A stretch of 64,000 nucleotides of DNA from Dehalococcoidia bacterium (GTDB lineage Bacteria > Chloroflexota > Dehalococcoidia > Lucifugimonadales > GCA-2712585). Below, piece by piece: positions 1 through 9,543 of the stretch; the stretch's first letter is position 1, and every line of letters starts with the position of its first letter. The stretch covers positions 2,539,045 to 2,603,044 of the forward strand of contig OY762063.1 of the NCBI GenBank assembly GCA_963665075.1, read 5' to 3'. The position numbers and the translations under genes were made by a program. The notes under the pieces were generated by a model. It searched no databases, was not told the origin of the DNA, and was given only the letters and a program-made list of their open reading frames with translations.

Positions 1-1
1 G

Positions 2-457
2 CAGATAGACACTACGTTGCCGACTCCGAATCCGATGCCGGAGCCCGCGCCTGTATCGACGGCGACGCCTGAGCCGACGCCCGCGGCGACGGCTGTGGCC
101 GCGCCGACGCCAACACCGACACGCGCGCCGACGCCAACGCCGACGCCGGAGTCAGCATCCGCGCCGGAGCCAACGCGGGAGCCTTGGATGTCGCTGGTGT
201 CGAGTCCGCGGAGGGAGACGCCGGAACCTCAGCAGATAGGGGACGTGGGTCTGAGCGCGGCTGCGCGCGAGGCAGGGGGCGAAGAGGACGGAGGGCCGTT
301 CTATGAGGAGGCGGCTCCCGTGGGGCAGGCTTCGCCGCCGGAGGCGACCCCCGGGTTGGGGTTGCAGGATATGTGGCTGTGGCTGCTGCTGCCTGCGGTT
401 CTGCTGATGCTGTTGTTCGTGGCGGCGCGTCGGAGGCGGAGGATGGCGGAGGAGTAG
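2..457 (+). CDS. Pro/Thr/Ala-rich envelope protein, C-terminal fragment with hydrophobic helix and poly-Arg anchor
   Basis: The frame is open from nt 2, so the gene probably starts before the window. Low-complexity PTPEPTPAATAVAAPTPTPT sequence. The C-terminus reads WLWLLLPAVLLMLLFVAARRRRRMAEE. A strong terminator hairpin follows. Confidence 0.4.
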   Translation, partial: QIDTTLPTPNPMPEPAPVSTATPEPTPAATAVAAPTPTPTRAPTPTPTPESASAPEPTREPWMSLVSSPRRETPEPQQIGDVGLSAAAREAGGEEDGGPFYEEAAPVGQASPPEATPGLGLQDMWLWLLLPAVLLMLLFVAARRRRRMAEE

Positions 458-493
458 CGGCGGGGACGCTGCGGCGAAGGATAGGGATTGAAT

Positions 494-536
494 GACGCGG
501 CGGCGGGTTTCGGCCCGCCGCCGCGTCGTTTGTTTG
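494..536 (+). terminator. Rho-independent terminator
   Basis: 14-bp GC stem, gacgcggcggcggg / cccgccgccgcgtc (494-527), followed by gTTTgTTT. Confidence 0.7.
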
Positions 537-552
537 GGGATGTCGGGATGGT

Positions 553-592
553 TGGGGAGGGGGATGGGATCCCGCTTTTGCGAGAGCAAGAG
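553..592. repeat. Short palindromic repeat module C (gggatcccgcttttgcgagagcaag)
   Basis: The same module recurs at 20937-20961 (reverse orientation) and 63501-63527. Confidence 0.75.
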
Positions 593-687
593 GTGGGGGT
601 GTTTTTGTTGATGGGGGGGTTGGGGTAGTTTAGAATAGGTAGTTGCGCTCGGATAGGGGCGTTTGTATCGTAGAGACGATTTCAGGA

Positions 688-2499
688 ATGGAGGCGTGCG
701 TGGGCGAAAGAACGAATTGCGGCGAGCTTAGAGTTGGGGAAGTGGGCAGCGAGGTTAATCTTTTTGGGTGGGTGCATCGACGGCGGGATCACGGGGGGCT
801 GATTTTCATTGATCTTCGGGACAGGTCGGGCATCGCGCAGGTGGTGGTGAATCCGGCGACGGCGTCGGAGGCTCACGTCGTGGCCGAGCAGTTGCGGTCG
901 GAGTGGGTGGTGAGCATCGCGGGTAGGGTTGAGAAGCGGCCGGAGGGGACGGAGAATCCGCAGCTGCCGACGGGGGACGTGGAGGTGCACGCTTCCGGGG
1001 TCGAGGTGTTGAATCCGTCGAAGACGCCGCCCTTCTATATCAACGAGGAGCAGGAGGTGGACGAGGCGCTGCGGTTGAGTCATCGCTACCTGGACTTGAG
1101 ACGGGATGGGATGCATGGGAACATGGTGTTGCGGCACAGAGTGGTGAAGTTCATCCGGGATTATCTGGACGAGCGGGGGTTCTTGGAGATTGAGACGCCG
1201 ATTCTAATCAAGAGCACGCCGGAGGGGGCGAGGGACTATCTGGTGCCGAGTCGGCTGCATCATGGGAGTTTCTACGCGCTGCCGCAGTCGCCGCAACAGT
1301 TGAAGCAGCTGTTGATGGTGTCGGGGTTCGAGCATTATTTCCAGATTGCGCGGTGCTTTCGGGATGAGGACTTGCGGGCAGATAGGCAGCCGGAGTTCAC
1401 GCAGCTGGACCTGGAGATGAGCTTCGTGAGTGAGGAGGATATTCTCGCGCTCATCGAGGGGTTGTACGCGGAGATTGTTGAGACGATAACGCCGGAGAAG
1501 CGGGCGTCTAGGCCGTTTCCGAGGTTGGATTACCGGGAGGCGATGTCGAGGTTCGGGACGGACAAGCCGGACTTGCGGTTCGGGCTGGAGTTGGCGGACG
1601 TGACGGAGTTGGCGGGTGAGAGCGGGTTCCAGGTGTTTCGGTCGGTGGTGTCGTCGGGGGGAGTGGTGAAGGGTTTGGCGGCGCCGGGGTGCGCGGGGTA
1701 TTCGCGTCGGCAGCTTGACCGGTTGACGGAAGAGGCTCGGAGCAGGGGCGCGCGGGGGCTGGTGACGGTGGCGATTGGAGAGGGCGACGGGGGATTGGAG
1801 GGGCTGACGATGGAGGAGGTGCGGTCGGCGGCGGCGCGTCATCTCACAATCGAAGAGGTGCGAGGAATGGCGGGGGCGATGGGAGCATCGCGAGGGGACT
1901 TGCTGCTGGTGGTGGCGGGGCCGGAGGAAGTGGTCAACAACAGCTTGAGTCACTTGCGGACGTTGATGGGGGAGCGGTTGGGATTGGCGGACGCGTCGGA
2001 GATGGCCTTCGCGTGGATTGTGAATTTTCCGTTGTTGGAGTGGCAGCCGGAGGAGGGACGTTGGGACGCGCCGCACAATCCGTTTTCGGCGCCGACGGCG
2101 GAAGACGCGGGATTGTTGGATTCGGAGCCGGGGGCGGCGCGGGCGCAGCAGTACGACATGGTGTGCAACGGGTACGAGGTGGGGGGCGGGAGTATTCGGA
2201 ATCACCGGCGGGAGGTTCAGGAGAAGATTCTGCGGTTGATGGGGCATTCGGATGAGGGGATGCAGCAGCAGTTCGGACAGTTGTTGGACGCTTTGGAGTA
2301 TGGCGCGCCGCCTCACGGGGGAATCGCGATGGGTATCGACCGGCTGATAATGCTGCTGGCGAACGCGGACAACATTCGGGACGTGATAGCGTTTCCGAAG
2401 ACGCAGAGCGCGTCGGACTTGCTTTTCGGGGCGCCTTCGCCGGTTGAGGAAGTCCACCTGGCGGAATTGGGGATACGGCTTGCGTCCAAGGATGGCTAA
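688..2499 (+). CDS. aspS: Aspartyl-tRNA synthetase
   Basis: [62 protein letters not shown] and [10 protein letters not shown] are typical class IIb AspRS motifs. The ORF is open from 643; ATG 688 gives the usual N-terminus. Confidence 0.93.
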   Translation: MEACVGERTNCGELRVGEVGSEVNLFGWVHRRRDHGGLIFIDLRDRSGIAQVVVNPATASEAHVVAEQLRSEWVVSIAGRVEKRPEGTENPQLPTGDVEVHASGVEVLNPSKTPPFYINEEQEVDEALRLSHRYLDLRRDGMHGNMVLRHRVVKFIRDYLDERGFLEIETPILIKSTPEGARDYLVPSRLHHGSFYALPQSPQQLKQLLMVSGFEHYFQIARCFRDEDLRADRQPEFTQLDLEMSFVSEEDILALIEGLYAEIVETITPEKRASRPFPRLDYREAMSRFGTDKPDLRFGLELADVTELAGESGFQVFRSVVSSGGVVKGLAAPGCAGYSRRQLDRLTEEARSRGARGLVTVAIGEGDGGLEGLTMEEVRSAAARHLTIEEVRGMAGAMGASRGDLLLVVAGPEEVVNNSLSHLRTLMGERLGLADASEMAFAWIVNFPLLEWQPEEGRWDAPHNPFSAPTAEDAGLLDSEPGAARAQQYDMVCNGYEVGGGSIRNHRREVQEKILRLMGHSDEGMQQQFGQLLDALEYGAPPHGGIAMGIDRLIMLLANADNIRDVIAFPKTQSASDLLFGAPSPVEEVHLAELGIRLASKDG

Positions 2500-2531
2500 T
2501 TTGGCGTCTACAGATAGTTTCAGGCAAAAGT

Positions 2532-2559
2532 CCCTGTGATATAATTGGCACAGGGTTTT
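2532..2559 (+). promoter_or_regulatory. Hairpin plus T-run overlapping an extended -10 box (TGaTATAAT, 2537-2545); either the aspS terminator or the tig promoter
   Basis: ccctgtg-N10-cacaggg followed by tttt. The loop and stem contain tgatataat, 30 nt upstream of the tig TTG start. I cannot decide between the two roles from sequence alone. Confidence 0.4.
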
Positions 2560-2574
2560 GGGGAAGTGAATTAG

Positions 2575-3921
2575 TTGAAGATAACACGCGAGTCGGACCT
2601 CTCCACGGAGGTGGTCCTCAACATTGAATGCGACGAAAAGGACGTAGATCCCTATCTGGACTGGGCGTATCGTCGGCTGGTCAATCGGGTCAGGATTCCC
2701 GGCTTTCGCAGAGGGAAGGCTCCCAGGCGCATCCTTGAGCAGGTGGTGGGGCGGGAGCAGCTTTTGAGCGAGGCGTTGGAGCGGGCGGTGATGGGGCTGG
2801 TGGAGCGGGCGGTGAGGGAAGAGAAGTTGGAGCCGTACATTCCGCCCAACATGGACGTCACCAGCATTGAACCTCTTGAGATTCGGGCGACTGTGCCGCT
2901 TGAGCCGACGGTGGCTCTCGGCGATTACAAGAGTTTGCGAATCGAGCGGGAGGCGGTTGACGTAGGAGATGAGCAGGTGGATGAGGTGGTGGAGCGTCTT
3001 CGCACGGAGACGGCTCCTTGGGAGCCGGTGGACGAGGCGATTCAGTTCGGCGACCAGTTGACGATAGACGTGACGGGGACGGTGGAGGGGCGAACTATCG
3101 TGGACGACAAGGGCGTCGAGTACATTCCTTCGATGGAAAACAGGGCGCCGCTGCCGGGGTTCTCGGTGATGTTGGAGGGTTCCAGGAAGGGCGACGACAA
3201 GACGTTCACTTTGCAGGTGCCGGAGGACTTCGGAAACGAGGAGTATGACGGGAAGGAGTGCCGCTTTCACGTGGTCATCAACGAAGTGAAGCGGAGGGCG
3301 CTGCCGGAATTGGACGACGAGTTCGCCAAGGGAATCGGGACGGGCTTCGACACGCTGGAGGCGCTGCGGGAGTCGGTGTTGGAGAATTTGACCACCACCG
3401 CGGACAGGGAGGTGGACCAGGAGTTGTACGACAAGGCGATGGAGCAGGTGGTTGCGGGGGCGACGGTGGAGTTCGCGGACGTGCTGTTGGAGCGTCAGTT
3501 GGACCAGATGTGGCGCGAGAGGACGGAGGCGTTGCAGTCGCAGCAGATGGACATGGACGCCTATCTCCAGCAGGTTGGGAAGACGGAGGAGGAGATTCGG
3601 GAGGAGATGAAGCCCGGCACACGGGAGGGGATGGTGCGGTCTTTCGTGTTGAGGAAGCTGGCGGAGGTGGAGGGGATAGAGGTGAGCGACGAGGAGGTAA
3701 CCGAGCATATCGATAAGTTGGTGGAAGACTCCGGCGGCAGCGGAGATCCTTCCGTTCAGAGGGCGGTGCTGGCCCAGGCGTTCAGGGACTCGATGGCGTC
3801 GAATTTGAAGACTAAGAAGACGCTGGAGCGTCTTGCATCGATTGTGCAGGGCAAAGAAGAAGAAAAGGAAACTTCGTCTGAATCTGAATCAACGCCAGAC
3901 GAAGAACAAGGAGGAGAATAG
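2575..3921 (+). CDS. tig: Trigger factor
   Basis: N-terminus [18 protein letters not shown]...[16 protein letters not shown] carries the trigger-factor ribosome-binding signature GFRxGxxP. Length is 448 aa. Confidence 0.92.
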   Translation: MKITRESDLSTEVVLNIECDEKDVDPYLDWAYRRLVNRVRIPGFRRGKAPRRILEQVVGREQLLSEALERAVMGLVERAVREEKLEPYIPPNMDVTSIEPLEIRATVPLEPTVALGDYKSLRIEREAVDVGDEQVDEVVERLRTETAPWEPVDEAIQFGDQLTIDVTGTVEGRTIVDDKGVEYIPSMENRAPLPGFSVMLEGSRKGDDKTFTLQVPEDFGNEEYDGKECRFHVVINEVKRRALPELDDEFAKGIGTGFDTLEALRESVLENLTTTADREVDQELYDKAMEQVVAGATVEFADVLLERQLDQMWRERTEALQSQQMDMDAYLQQVGKTEEEIREEMKPGTREGMVRSFVLRKLAEVEGIEVSDEEVTEHIDKLVEDSGGSGDPSVQRAVLAQAFRDSMASNLKTKKTLERLASIVQGKEEEKETSSESESTPDEEQGGE

Positions 3922-3922
3922 A

Positions 3923-4549
3923 GTGACTTTCAATCCTGGCAGTATCATACCTATGGTGGTGGAGACGGGGCCGCGAGGCGAGCGGGCGTTTGACATATAT
4001 TCGCTGTTGTTGAGGGAGCGGATTGTGTTTCTGGGGACGCCGATCATGGACCAGACGGCGAATCTGATAATCGCGCAGCTGCTGTTTCTGGAGCGGGAAG
4101 ACCCGGACAAGGACATCAACCTTTACATACACAGTCCCGGCGGGGTGATTTCGGCGGGGCTGGCGATTCACGACACGATGCAGATCATCCGGTGCGACGT
4201 TTCGACGATAAGCGTGGGGATGACGGCGAGCATGGGGACGGTGCTGCTGACGGCGGGGACGAAGGGGAAGCGGTACGCGCTGCCGAATTCGACGATTCAC
4301 ATGCATCAGCCGATGGGGGGCGCGCAGGGGCAGGCCAGCGACGTGGAGATTGCGGCGCGGGAGATTCTGCGATTGCAGGACAAGCTGCGGACGATTCTGT
4401 CGGATAACACGGGGCAGCCGTATGACAAGATTGCCCAGGACACGGACAGGGATTATTACCTGACGCCGGAGCAGGCGTTGGAGTACGGGATAATCGATGA
4501 GATTCTGGGCGTGGGCGGGGATGAAGAGGGGGAGGGTGACGGCGGTTAG
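3923..4549 (+). CDS. clpP: ATP-dependent Clp protease proteolytic subunit
   Basis: [19 protein letters not shown]...[19 protein letters not shown]...[11 protein letters not shown]...HMHQPMGG. The start is GTG 3923, in frame and 6 nt after AGGAGGAG, immediately after the tig stop codon. Confidence 0.94.
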   Translation: MTFNPGSIIPMVVETGPRGERAFDIYSLLLRERIVFLGTPIMDQTANLIIAQLLFLEREDPDKDINLYIHSPGGVISAGLAIHDTMQIIRCDVSTISVGMTASMGTVLLTAGTKGKRYALPNSTIHMHQPMGGAQGQASDVEIAAREILRLQDKLRTILSDNTGQPYDKIAQDTDRDYYLTPEQALEYGIIDEILGVGGDEEGEGDGG

Positions 4550-4577
4550 AGCCGGTTCGTTAGTTCAGTAAATTGAA

Positions 4578-4612
4578 AAAGACCTGTTCGTTGGAGCGGG
4601 TCTTTTGCTTTT
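4578..4612. terminator. Bidirectional Rho-independent terminator between the convergent clpP and purN genes
   Basis: 12-bp stem aaagacctgttc / gagcgggtcttt (2 G-U pairs) with a GUUG tetraloop. T-runs lie on both sides (aaaaa upstream, ttgctttt downstream). Confidence 0.7.
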
Positions 4613-4620
4613 GGGTGGAA

Positions 4621-4700
4621 CGCCCCCATCCCTTCGACAGGCCCAGGACAAGCCTAACCTTCGTCCGTTAAGGGGGAAGGGATAAGAGGAGGGAGGGGGA
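4621..4700. repeat. Composite palindromic repeat (modules A' and D), overlapping the 3' end of purN
   Basis: Its reverse complement aligns at about 80% identity by eye with 14835-14897: cccttcccccttaacggacgaaggttaggcttgtcctgggcctgtcgaagggatggggg versus ctcttcccccttcacgggggaagattgagcctgtcctgagcttgtcgaagggatggggg. Confidence 0.7.
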
Positions 4701-5292
4701 TTTGGTTGGCGGCGATTTTTTGGAGGGTTTCGACGTAGAAGCGGCGTTCGGCGGTTTGGACGCGGGTGCGGAGGGTGTCCAGGGTGTCGTTGGGGTGGAC
4801 GGGGACGTGGGTTTGGGCGAGGATCTTGCCGTGGTCGTAGATTTCGTCGACGAGGTGGACGGTGACGCCGGTGGTATTTAGGCCGGCGTTCAGCACGGCT
4901 TGATGGACGTTGTCGCCGTACATGCCGCGTCCTCCAAAGTCGGGTAGCAGGGCGGGGTGGGTGTTGACGATTCGGTTGCGGTAGCGGGCGAGGGTGATGG
5001 GGCCGAGGAGTTTCATGTATCCAGCCAAGACTACCAGGTTGACGCGGTGGGTTGCGAGGGTGTCGGCGATGGCGTTGTCGAGGGCGTCGGGGTTGGGGTG
5101 GTTTTTCGAGCTCAGGTGGAGGGCGGGGATGCGGCGGTTTCGGGCGCGTTGGAGGGCGAGGGAGCGGGAGTTGTTGCTGATGACTACGCTGATTGTGGCG
5201 TTGAGGCGTCCTTCTTCGCAGGCGTCGATAATGGCCTGGAGGGTTGTGCCGGTGTGGGAGGCCAGGATGCCGAGGTTGAGGGGCGGCGGCAT
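4654..5292 (-). CDS. purN: Phosphoribosylglycinamide formyltransferase
   Basis: LGILASHTGTTLQAIIDA, VVLAGYMKLLGP, NTHPALLPDFGG and VHLVDEIYDHGKILAQ are PurN motifs. The last roughly 15 aa are encoded by a repeat element. Confidence 0.9.
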   Translation of the reverse strand: MPPPLNLGILASHTGTTLQAIIDACEEGRLNATISVVISNNSRSLALQRARNRRIPALHLSSKNHPNPDALDNAIADTLATHRVNLVVLAGYMKLLGPITLARYRNRIVNTHPALLPDFGGRGMYGDNVHQAVLNAGLNTTGVTVHLVDEIYDHGKILAQTHVPVHPNDTLDTLRTRVQTAERRFYVETLQKIAANQIPLPPLIPSPLTDEG

Positions 5293-5296
5293 GGGT

Positions 5297-5962
5297 TCAC
5301 CGGCGGGAGAAGTATTTGCGTGCTTTGGCGACGGTGGGGGCCATGCGGTGAATCATGCGGGTGCGTTTGGTGACGAGCTGGGCTTGGGAGAGGCCCTGGA
5401 GGAAGTCCTGGGGAGTGTCCATGAAAGTGGGGATAAGGTTGTAGGTGCGTCCCAGTTCGACGGAGGCGTGGCCGTCGCTGGCGGCAGCGCGGACGATGCG
5501 GTGGCTGCGGGCGATTTCGTCGGCTTGCGCGTCGTCGGCATCGAAGAAATTGCGGGCGTTGAAGGTTTCCAGGATGTCCACGTCGTGGGCGATGGATTGG
5601 AAGGCCTCAAGGCCGAGGGCTGAGTTGCGGACGCGGTCGAAGGGGTGGGGAACCATGACGAGGCCGCCCTGGGACTTGATTTCCCGGACGGTTTGCTCGG
5701 GGGTGAGGTCTTTGGGGATGGTCTCCTTTAGGAATAGACCGATGATGTCGCCCTCGGAGGACTTAACCTCTTCGCCGACGATGACGTGGATGGGAGCGTT
5801 ATCCTTGAGCAGCATGGCGCCTTCGGCGGTGTTGTGGTCGGTGATGGCGAGGCAGTTGATGCCTGTCTGGATGCAGCGGTTGATTATGGATTGAAGGGGG
5901 GCGGTGGAATCGTGGGAGTAGCAGGTGTGGACGTGAAGGTCGGCTTTGAGGAAGCTATTCAT
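5297..5962 (-). CDS. PHP-domain metal-dependent phosphoesterase
   Basis: The N-terminus KADLHVHTCYSHDS...CLAITDHNT is the PHP-family His/Asp signature. Confidence 0.8.
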   Translation of the reverse strand: MNSFLKADLHVHTCYSHDSTAPLQSIINRCIQTGINCLAITDHNTAEGAMLLKDNAPIHVIVGEEVKSSEGDIIGLFLKETIPKDLTPEQTVREIKSQGGLVMVPHPFDRVRNSALGLEAFQSIAHDVDILETFNARNFFDADDAQADEIARSHRIVRAAASDGHASVELGRTYNLIPTFMDTPQDFLQGLSQAQLVTKRTRMIHRMAPTVAKARKYFSRR

Positions 5963-6194
5963 TGTTCTCCGGGTCGGCGTCGGACATATCCTCCATGAAG
6001 GAGTCGCGCAGATCGGTTATGCGGAGTTCGGTGGCGTTGAGCATCCGGTTGCAGAGCTTGGCGAGGTTCATGCCCTCCTCGTAGAGGCGCTGGGTGTCGG
6101 CGAGGGAGAGCTTGCCTTCCTCCAGGGTTTGGACAAGCTCTTCCAGGCGGCGGAAAGCTTCTTCGAAGGTCATTTGTTGTTCCTGTTCAGACAT
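5955..6194 (-). CDS. xseB: Exodeoxyribonuclease VII small subunit
   Basis: 79 aa. FEEAFRRLEELVQTLEEGKLSLADTQRLYEEGMNLAKLC is a typical XseB sequence. It lies directly downstream of xseA. Confidence 0.9.
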   Translation of the reverse strand: MSEQEQQMTFEEAFRRLEELVQTLEEGKLSLADTQRLYEEGMNLAKLCNRMLNATELRITDLRDSFMEDMSDADPENNE

Positions 6195-6201
6195 GGTGAA
6201 T

Positions 6202-7440
6202 CTACTGGAATAGGCGGGCGGCGGCGGGGGCGGTCTTCTTGCGTCTGCGCCGAGTAGGTTGGGAGACTTGGACGGAGGCGGGGAAGGAGCCGTCGGCGAC
6301 GGTTACGTTAAGGGGATCGCCGGGACGGATGCTGTTTTTGGAGTAGACGGGGCGGTTGCCGGGCTGCTTGTGGACGACGGCGTAGCCGCGGGAGAGGGTG
6401 GCGGCGGGGTTGAGGGTTTGGAGGCGGGCCAGGAAGGAGGATGTTTCGCCGTTTCGGAGGGTCAGGAAAGCGGTAGTGGCTATGCCGGAACGTTGAGAGA
6501 AGTCGTCGACGCGGCGTCGGAGGGTGGCGAAGTCGGGAAGCCGGTAGTCGAGGTCGGCGACGAGGCGGGAGATGGCGTAACGTCGCTGAGTGTTCCCGTC
6601 GCCGATGATGGCGTGGAGGCGTTGGAGATTCGCTTTCACTTCCTGACGGAGGGCGGCTTTGTGGGGAGCGACAAGCTCGGCGGCGGCGGAGGGGGTGGGG
6701 GCGCGTAGGTCGGCGACGAAGTCGGCGATGGTGAAGTCGGTCTCGTGGCCGACGGCGCTGACGATTGGGACGGAGCTGGCGTAGATGGCGCGGGCGACGG
6801 CTTCTTCGTTGAAGGGCCAAAGCTCCTCCATTGAACCGCCGCCGCGGGCGACGATTATGACTTCGGCGCGTCCGTCTATGAATAGTTTGGTGAGGGCTTC
6901 GACGATGGCGGGGGCGGCGTCGGTGCCTTGGACGGGGGTGGGGGAGAGGAGGAGTTCGGCGAGGGGGTAGCGGCGCGTGAGGACCTGGACAACGTCATGG
7001 AGGACGGCGCCGGCGGGGGAGGTTACGATGCCGATGAATTTAGGAAATGGAGGCAGTGACCGCTTGCGGGAAGGGTCGAATAGTCCTTCGCGTTCGAGGG
7101 ACTGCTTGAGTCGTTCGAATTCGAGGGCGAGGGGGCCGACGCCTTCGGAAACGACGATGTCGGTGATGAAGTCGAGGGAGCCGCGGGGTTCGTAGAGGGA
7201 GAAGCGGCCGTGGGCGGTGACGGCGGCGCCGTTGTCGAGGAGGTCGAGTCCGGCGCTTCGTCGGAACATGACGCAGTTGAGCTGGCTGTCCGGGTCTTTC
7301 AGGGTGAAGTAGGCGTGGCCGGACTGGGAAACGCGGAGGTTTGAGACTTCGCCGGCTATCCACGCGTCCTGAAGGAGGGGGTCGCGGGAGAGCAGGCCCT
7401 TGAGGTGGGCGGTTATCTGGGAGACGGAGTAGACTTTCAC
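6202..7440 (-). CDS. xseA: Exodeoxyribonuclease VII large subunit
   Basis: VYSVSQITAHLKGLL...VSNLRVSQSGHAYFTLKD (OB fold) and IIVARGGGSMEELWPFN. The GTG start overlaps the efp stop by 1 nt (TAGTG). Confidence 0.92.
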   Translation of the reverse strand: MKVYSVSQITAHLKGLLSRDPLLQDAWIAGEVSNLRVSQSGHAYFTLKDPDSQLNCVMFRRSAGLDLLDNGAAVTAHGRFSLYEPRGSLDFITDIVVSEGVGPLALEFERLKQSLEREGLFDPSRKRSLPPFPKFIGIVTSPAGAVLHDVVQVLTRRYPLAELLLSPTPVQGTDAAPAIVEALTKLFIDGRAEVIIVARGGGSMEELWPFNEEAVARAIYASSVPIVSAVGHETDFTIADFVADLRAPTPSAAAELVAPHKAALRQEVKANLQRLHAIIGDGNTQRRYAISRLVADLDYRLPDFATLRRRVDDFSQRSGIATTAFLTLRNGETSSFLARLQTLNPAATLSRGYAVVHKQPGNRPVYSKNSIRPGDPLNVTVADGSFPASVQVSQPTRRRRKKTAPAAARLFQ

Positions 7441-8009
7441 TAGGTCACGCGCTCGACGTACTGGCCGTTGCGGGTGTCCACCTTGATGGTTTCGCCTTCG
7501 TCGATGAAGAGGGGAACGTTGAGGGTGTGGCCGGTTTCGAGAGTGGCGGGCTTGGTGCCGCCCTGGGCGGTGTCGCCGCGAAGGCCGGGGGGGCTGTAGG
7601 TGACGACGAGGTCTACGAAGGTGGGGAGATTGACGCCGATGACGGCGCCCTTGTAGAAGGAGACTTCCAGGACGATTTCTTCCTTGAGGTAGTTGAGGCC
7701 GTCGCCTATCTGGGCGGCGGTAAGCTGGTGCTGGTCGTAGGTCTCCATGTCCATGAAGTTGTAGAATTCGCCGTCGTAGTAGAGATATTGGGTGTCGGCG
7801 CTGGTGACGTCGGCGGGGGTGAAGGAGGTCTCGTAGGCCTGGAAGGTTTTTTCGGTGACGCTGCCGTTGAGGAGGTTCTTGACCTTGACGCGGGTGACGG
7901 GGGCGCGCTGCTGCATCTTGTGGCGGGTGTAGTCTACGACCTCGTAGGGCTGGCCGTCGATTTCGATGGCGAGACCCTTGCGGAGGTCTCCAAAGTTGAG
8001 GGATGCCAT
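7440..8009 (-). CDS. efp: Elongation factor P (non-canonical loop tip)
   Basis: 189 aa. It aligns without gaps by eye to B. subtilis EF-P across VVD...EKTF and ...GDTAxGGTKPATLETG...VPLF. The aroQ / Xaa-Pro peptidase / efp gene order matches that in Bacillus. Confidence 0.92.
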   Translation of the reverse strand: MASLNFGDLRKGLAIEIDGQPYEVVDYTRHKMQQRAPVTRVKVKNLLNGSVTEKTFQAYETSFTPADVTSADTQYLYYDGEFYNFMDMETYDQHQLTAAQIGDGLNYLKEEIVLEVSFYKGAVIGVNLPTFVDLVVTYSPPGLRGDTAQGGTKPATLETGHTLNVPLFIDEGETIKVDTRNGQYVERVT

Positions 8010-8030
8010 TGGGGTGCTCCTGTTATCTAT

Positions 8031-9098
8031 CTATTTGCGGGCTTTGCTGAGGGGGCGGGCGCCGGTTTCTTCGAGGACGACGAGGTCTTCGATGCGGACG
8101 CCGCCCCAGCCGCTGAGGTAGATGCCGGGTTCGACGCTGAATACCATCGACGGTTCGAGTACGTCGGGGGACGTGGGGCCGACGCGGGGGAATTCGTGGA
8201 CGGCCAAGCCGATGCCGTGGCCCAGGCTGTGGCCGAAGTTCTTCTTGTAGCCCGCTTCGTCGAGGACGGTTCGGGCGAGGTTGTCGGCTTCCTCGCCGTT
8301 GAGGGTGGGCTTGAGGGTTGAAATGGCGGTCAGCTGGGCGCCGAGGACGAGGTTGTATATCTTCCTGAACTGGTCGTCGGGCTGGCCGATGCAGACGGTG
8401 CGGGTGATGTCGCTGCAATAGCCGTCGAGCTTCGCGCCCATGTCTATGACGATGGGTTCGCCTGCCTGGACGGGGCGGTCGCCGGCGCGGTGGTGGGGCA
8501 TGGCGCCGTTGGGGCCGCCGGCGACGATGGTGTCGAAGCTGAGGCTTTCGGCGCCGAACTCGCGCATGGCCTTTTCCATCATCCAGGCGATTTCGCGCTC
8601 GGTCTGGCCGGGTTGAAGGGTTGGGGTGACGGCTTCCATAGCCTTGTCGGAGATGTCGATGACGCTCTGGAGCATGGTCAGTTCGTGAGCGTCCTTGACG
8701 GCGCGGATGTTTTCGACGAGGTTGCTGGTGGACATGAAGCGGGGACGCTTGTCGACGTCCACGTCATTGAAGGCGGTGACGATGCGACGGTAGGCGTCCA
8801 TAGTGACGTGCTGGGCCTCGAAGCCGACCTTGGCGGGGCCGATTTTCTCCAAGAGCTCGACGAGCCATTTCCAGCCGGCGACCTGCTTGACCTCGAAGTC
8901 GGGGGCCTGGTTGGTGGCCTGCTCGGTGTATCGGAAATCGGTGGCGAGGACGGCCTGCTCGTGGGAGATGAAGAGCCATCCGGCGGTACCGACGAAGCCG
9001 GAGAGGTATTGGCGGTTTTCGGGGGTTGATATGAGGATGGCGTCGAGTTCCTTTTCCGTGAGGGCGGCGCGGAGTCGTTTCAGTCTATTTGCAGTCAA
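8031..9098 (-). CDS. Xaa-Pro aminopeptidase (M24B)
   Basis: Creatinase-like N-terminal domain followed by IDMGAKLDGYCSDITRT, HSLGHGIGLAVHE and VFSVEPGIY, the metal ligands of the M24 family. Confidence 0.9.
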   Translation of the reverse strand: MTANRLKRLRAALTEKELDAILISTPENRQYLSGFVGTAGWLFISHEQAVLATDFRYTEQATNQAPDFEVKQVAGWKWLVELLEKIGPAKVGFEAQHVTMDAYRRIVTAFNDVDVDKRPRFMSTSNLVENIRAVKDAHELTMLQSVIDISDKAMEAVTPTLQPGQTEREIAWMMEKAMREFGAESLSFDTIVAGGPNGAMPHHRAGDRPVQAGEPIVIDMGAKLDGYCSDITRTVCIGQPDDQFRKIYNLVLGAQLTAISTLKPTLNGEEADNLARTVLDEAGYKKNFGHSLGHGIGLAVHEFPRVGPTSPDVLEPSMVFSVEPGIYLSGWGGVRIEDLVVLEETGARPLSKARK

Positions 9099-9099
9099 G

Positions 9100-9543
9100 T
9101 TAAACCTCCTTTTGTGTGAGAGCGTGAAGATAGTCGAGGGCGGCGAGGTAGCCCATCCAGCGCATTCCGGCGATGGTGGAGTCTACTGCGCGGGCGAAGA
9201 TGGAAGGGCTGCGCCAGGATTCGCGGGCGTAGATGTTGCTTAGGTGTACTTCCACCACGGGGACGCCGGAATCGATGCAGGCGTCGAGCAGTGGGTAGCC
9301 GACGGTGGTGAGTCCGGCGGGGTTGACGATGATGCCGTCGGCGCGGGAGGCGTTGTCGTTGATGAAGTCCACCAGTTCCGCCTCACTGTTGGACTGGCAG
9401 AATTTGAGGGCGACGCCGAGTTGGGCGGCGCGGTTGTTGAGGCGTTCTTCGATGTCGGCGAGGGTGGTTGTCCCGTAATGCTCGGGGTCTCTGCGCCCCA
9501 GCATATTGAGGTTCGGGCCGTTGACTACGAGGAAGGCGGTCAT
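9100..9543 (-). CDS. aroQ: 3-dehydroquinate dehydratase, type II
   Basis: VVNGPNLNMLGRRDPEHYG, FCQSNSEAELVDFI, IVNPAGLT and VEVHLSNIYARE. Confidence 0.92.
   Translation of the reverse strand: MTAFLVVNGPNLNMLGRRDPEHYGTTTLADIEERLNNRAAQLGVALKFCQSNSEAELVDFINDNASRADGIIVNPAGLTTVGYPLLDACIDSGVPVVEVHLSNIYARESWRSPSIFARAVDSTIAGMRWMGYLAALDYLHALTQKEV

Noticed and set aside
528-688. A T-box or other riboswitch leader upstream of aspS.
   Set aside because: I found no T-box consensus (..GGGUGGUACCGCG..) or specifier-loop architecture. The region is largely a terminator plus repeat module C.
1204-3708. An 834-aa ORF on the minus strand, spanning aspS and tig.
   Set aside because: It is antisense to two genes with unmistakable family motifs. 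Its translation is Arg/Pro/Leu/His-rich low complexity, typical of spurious antisense ORFs in GC-rich DNA.
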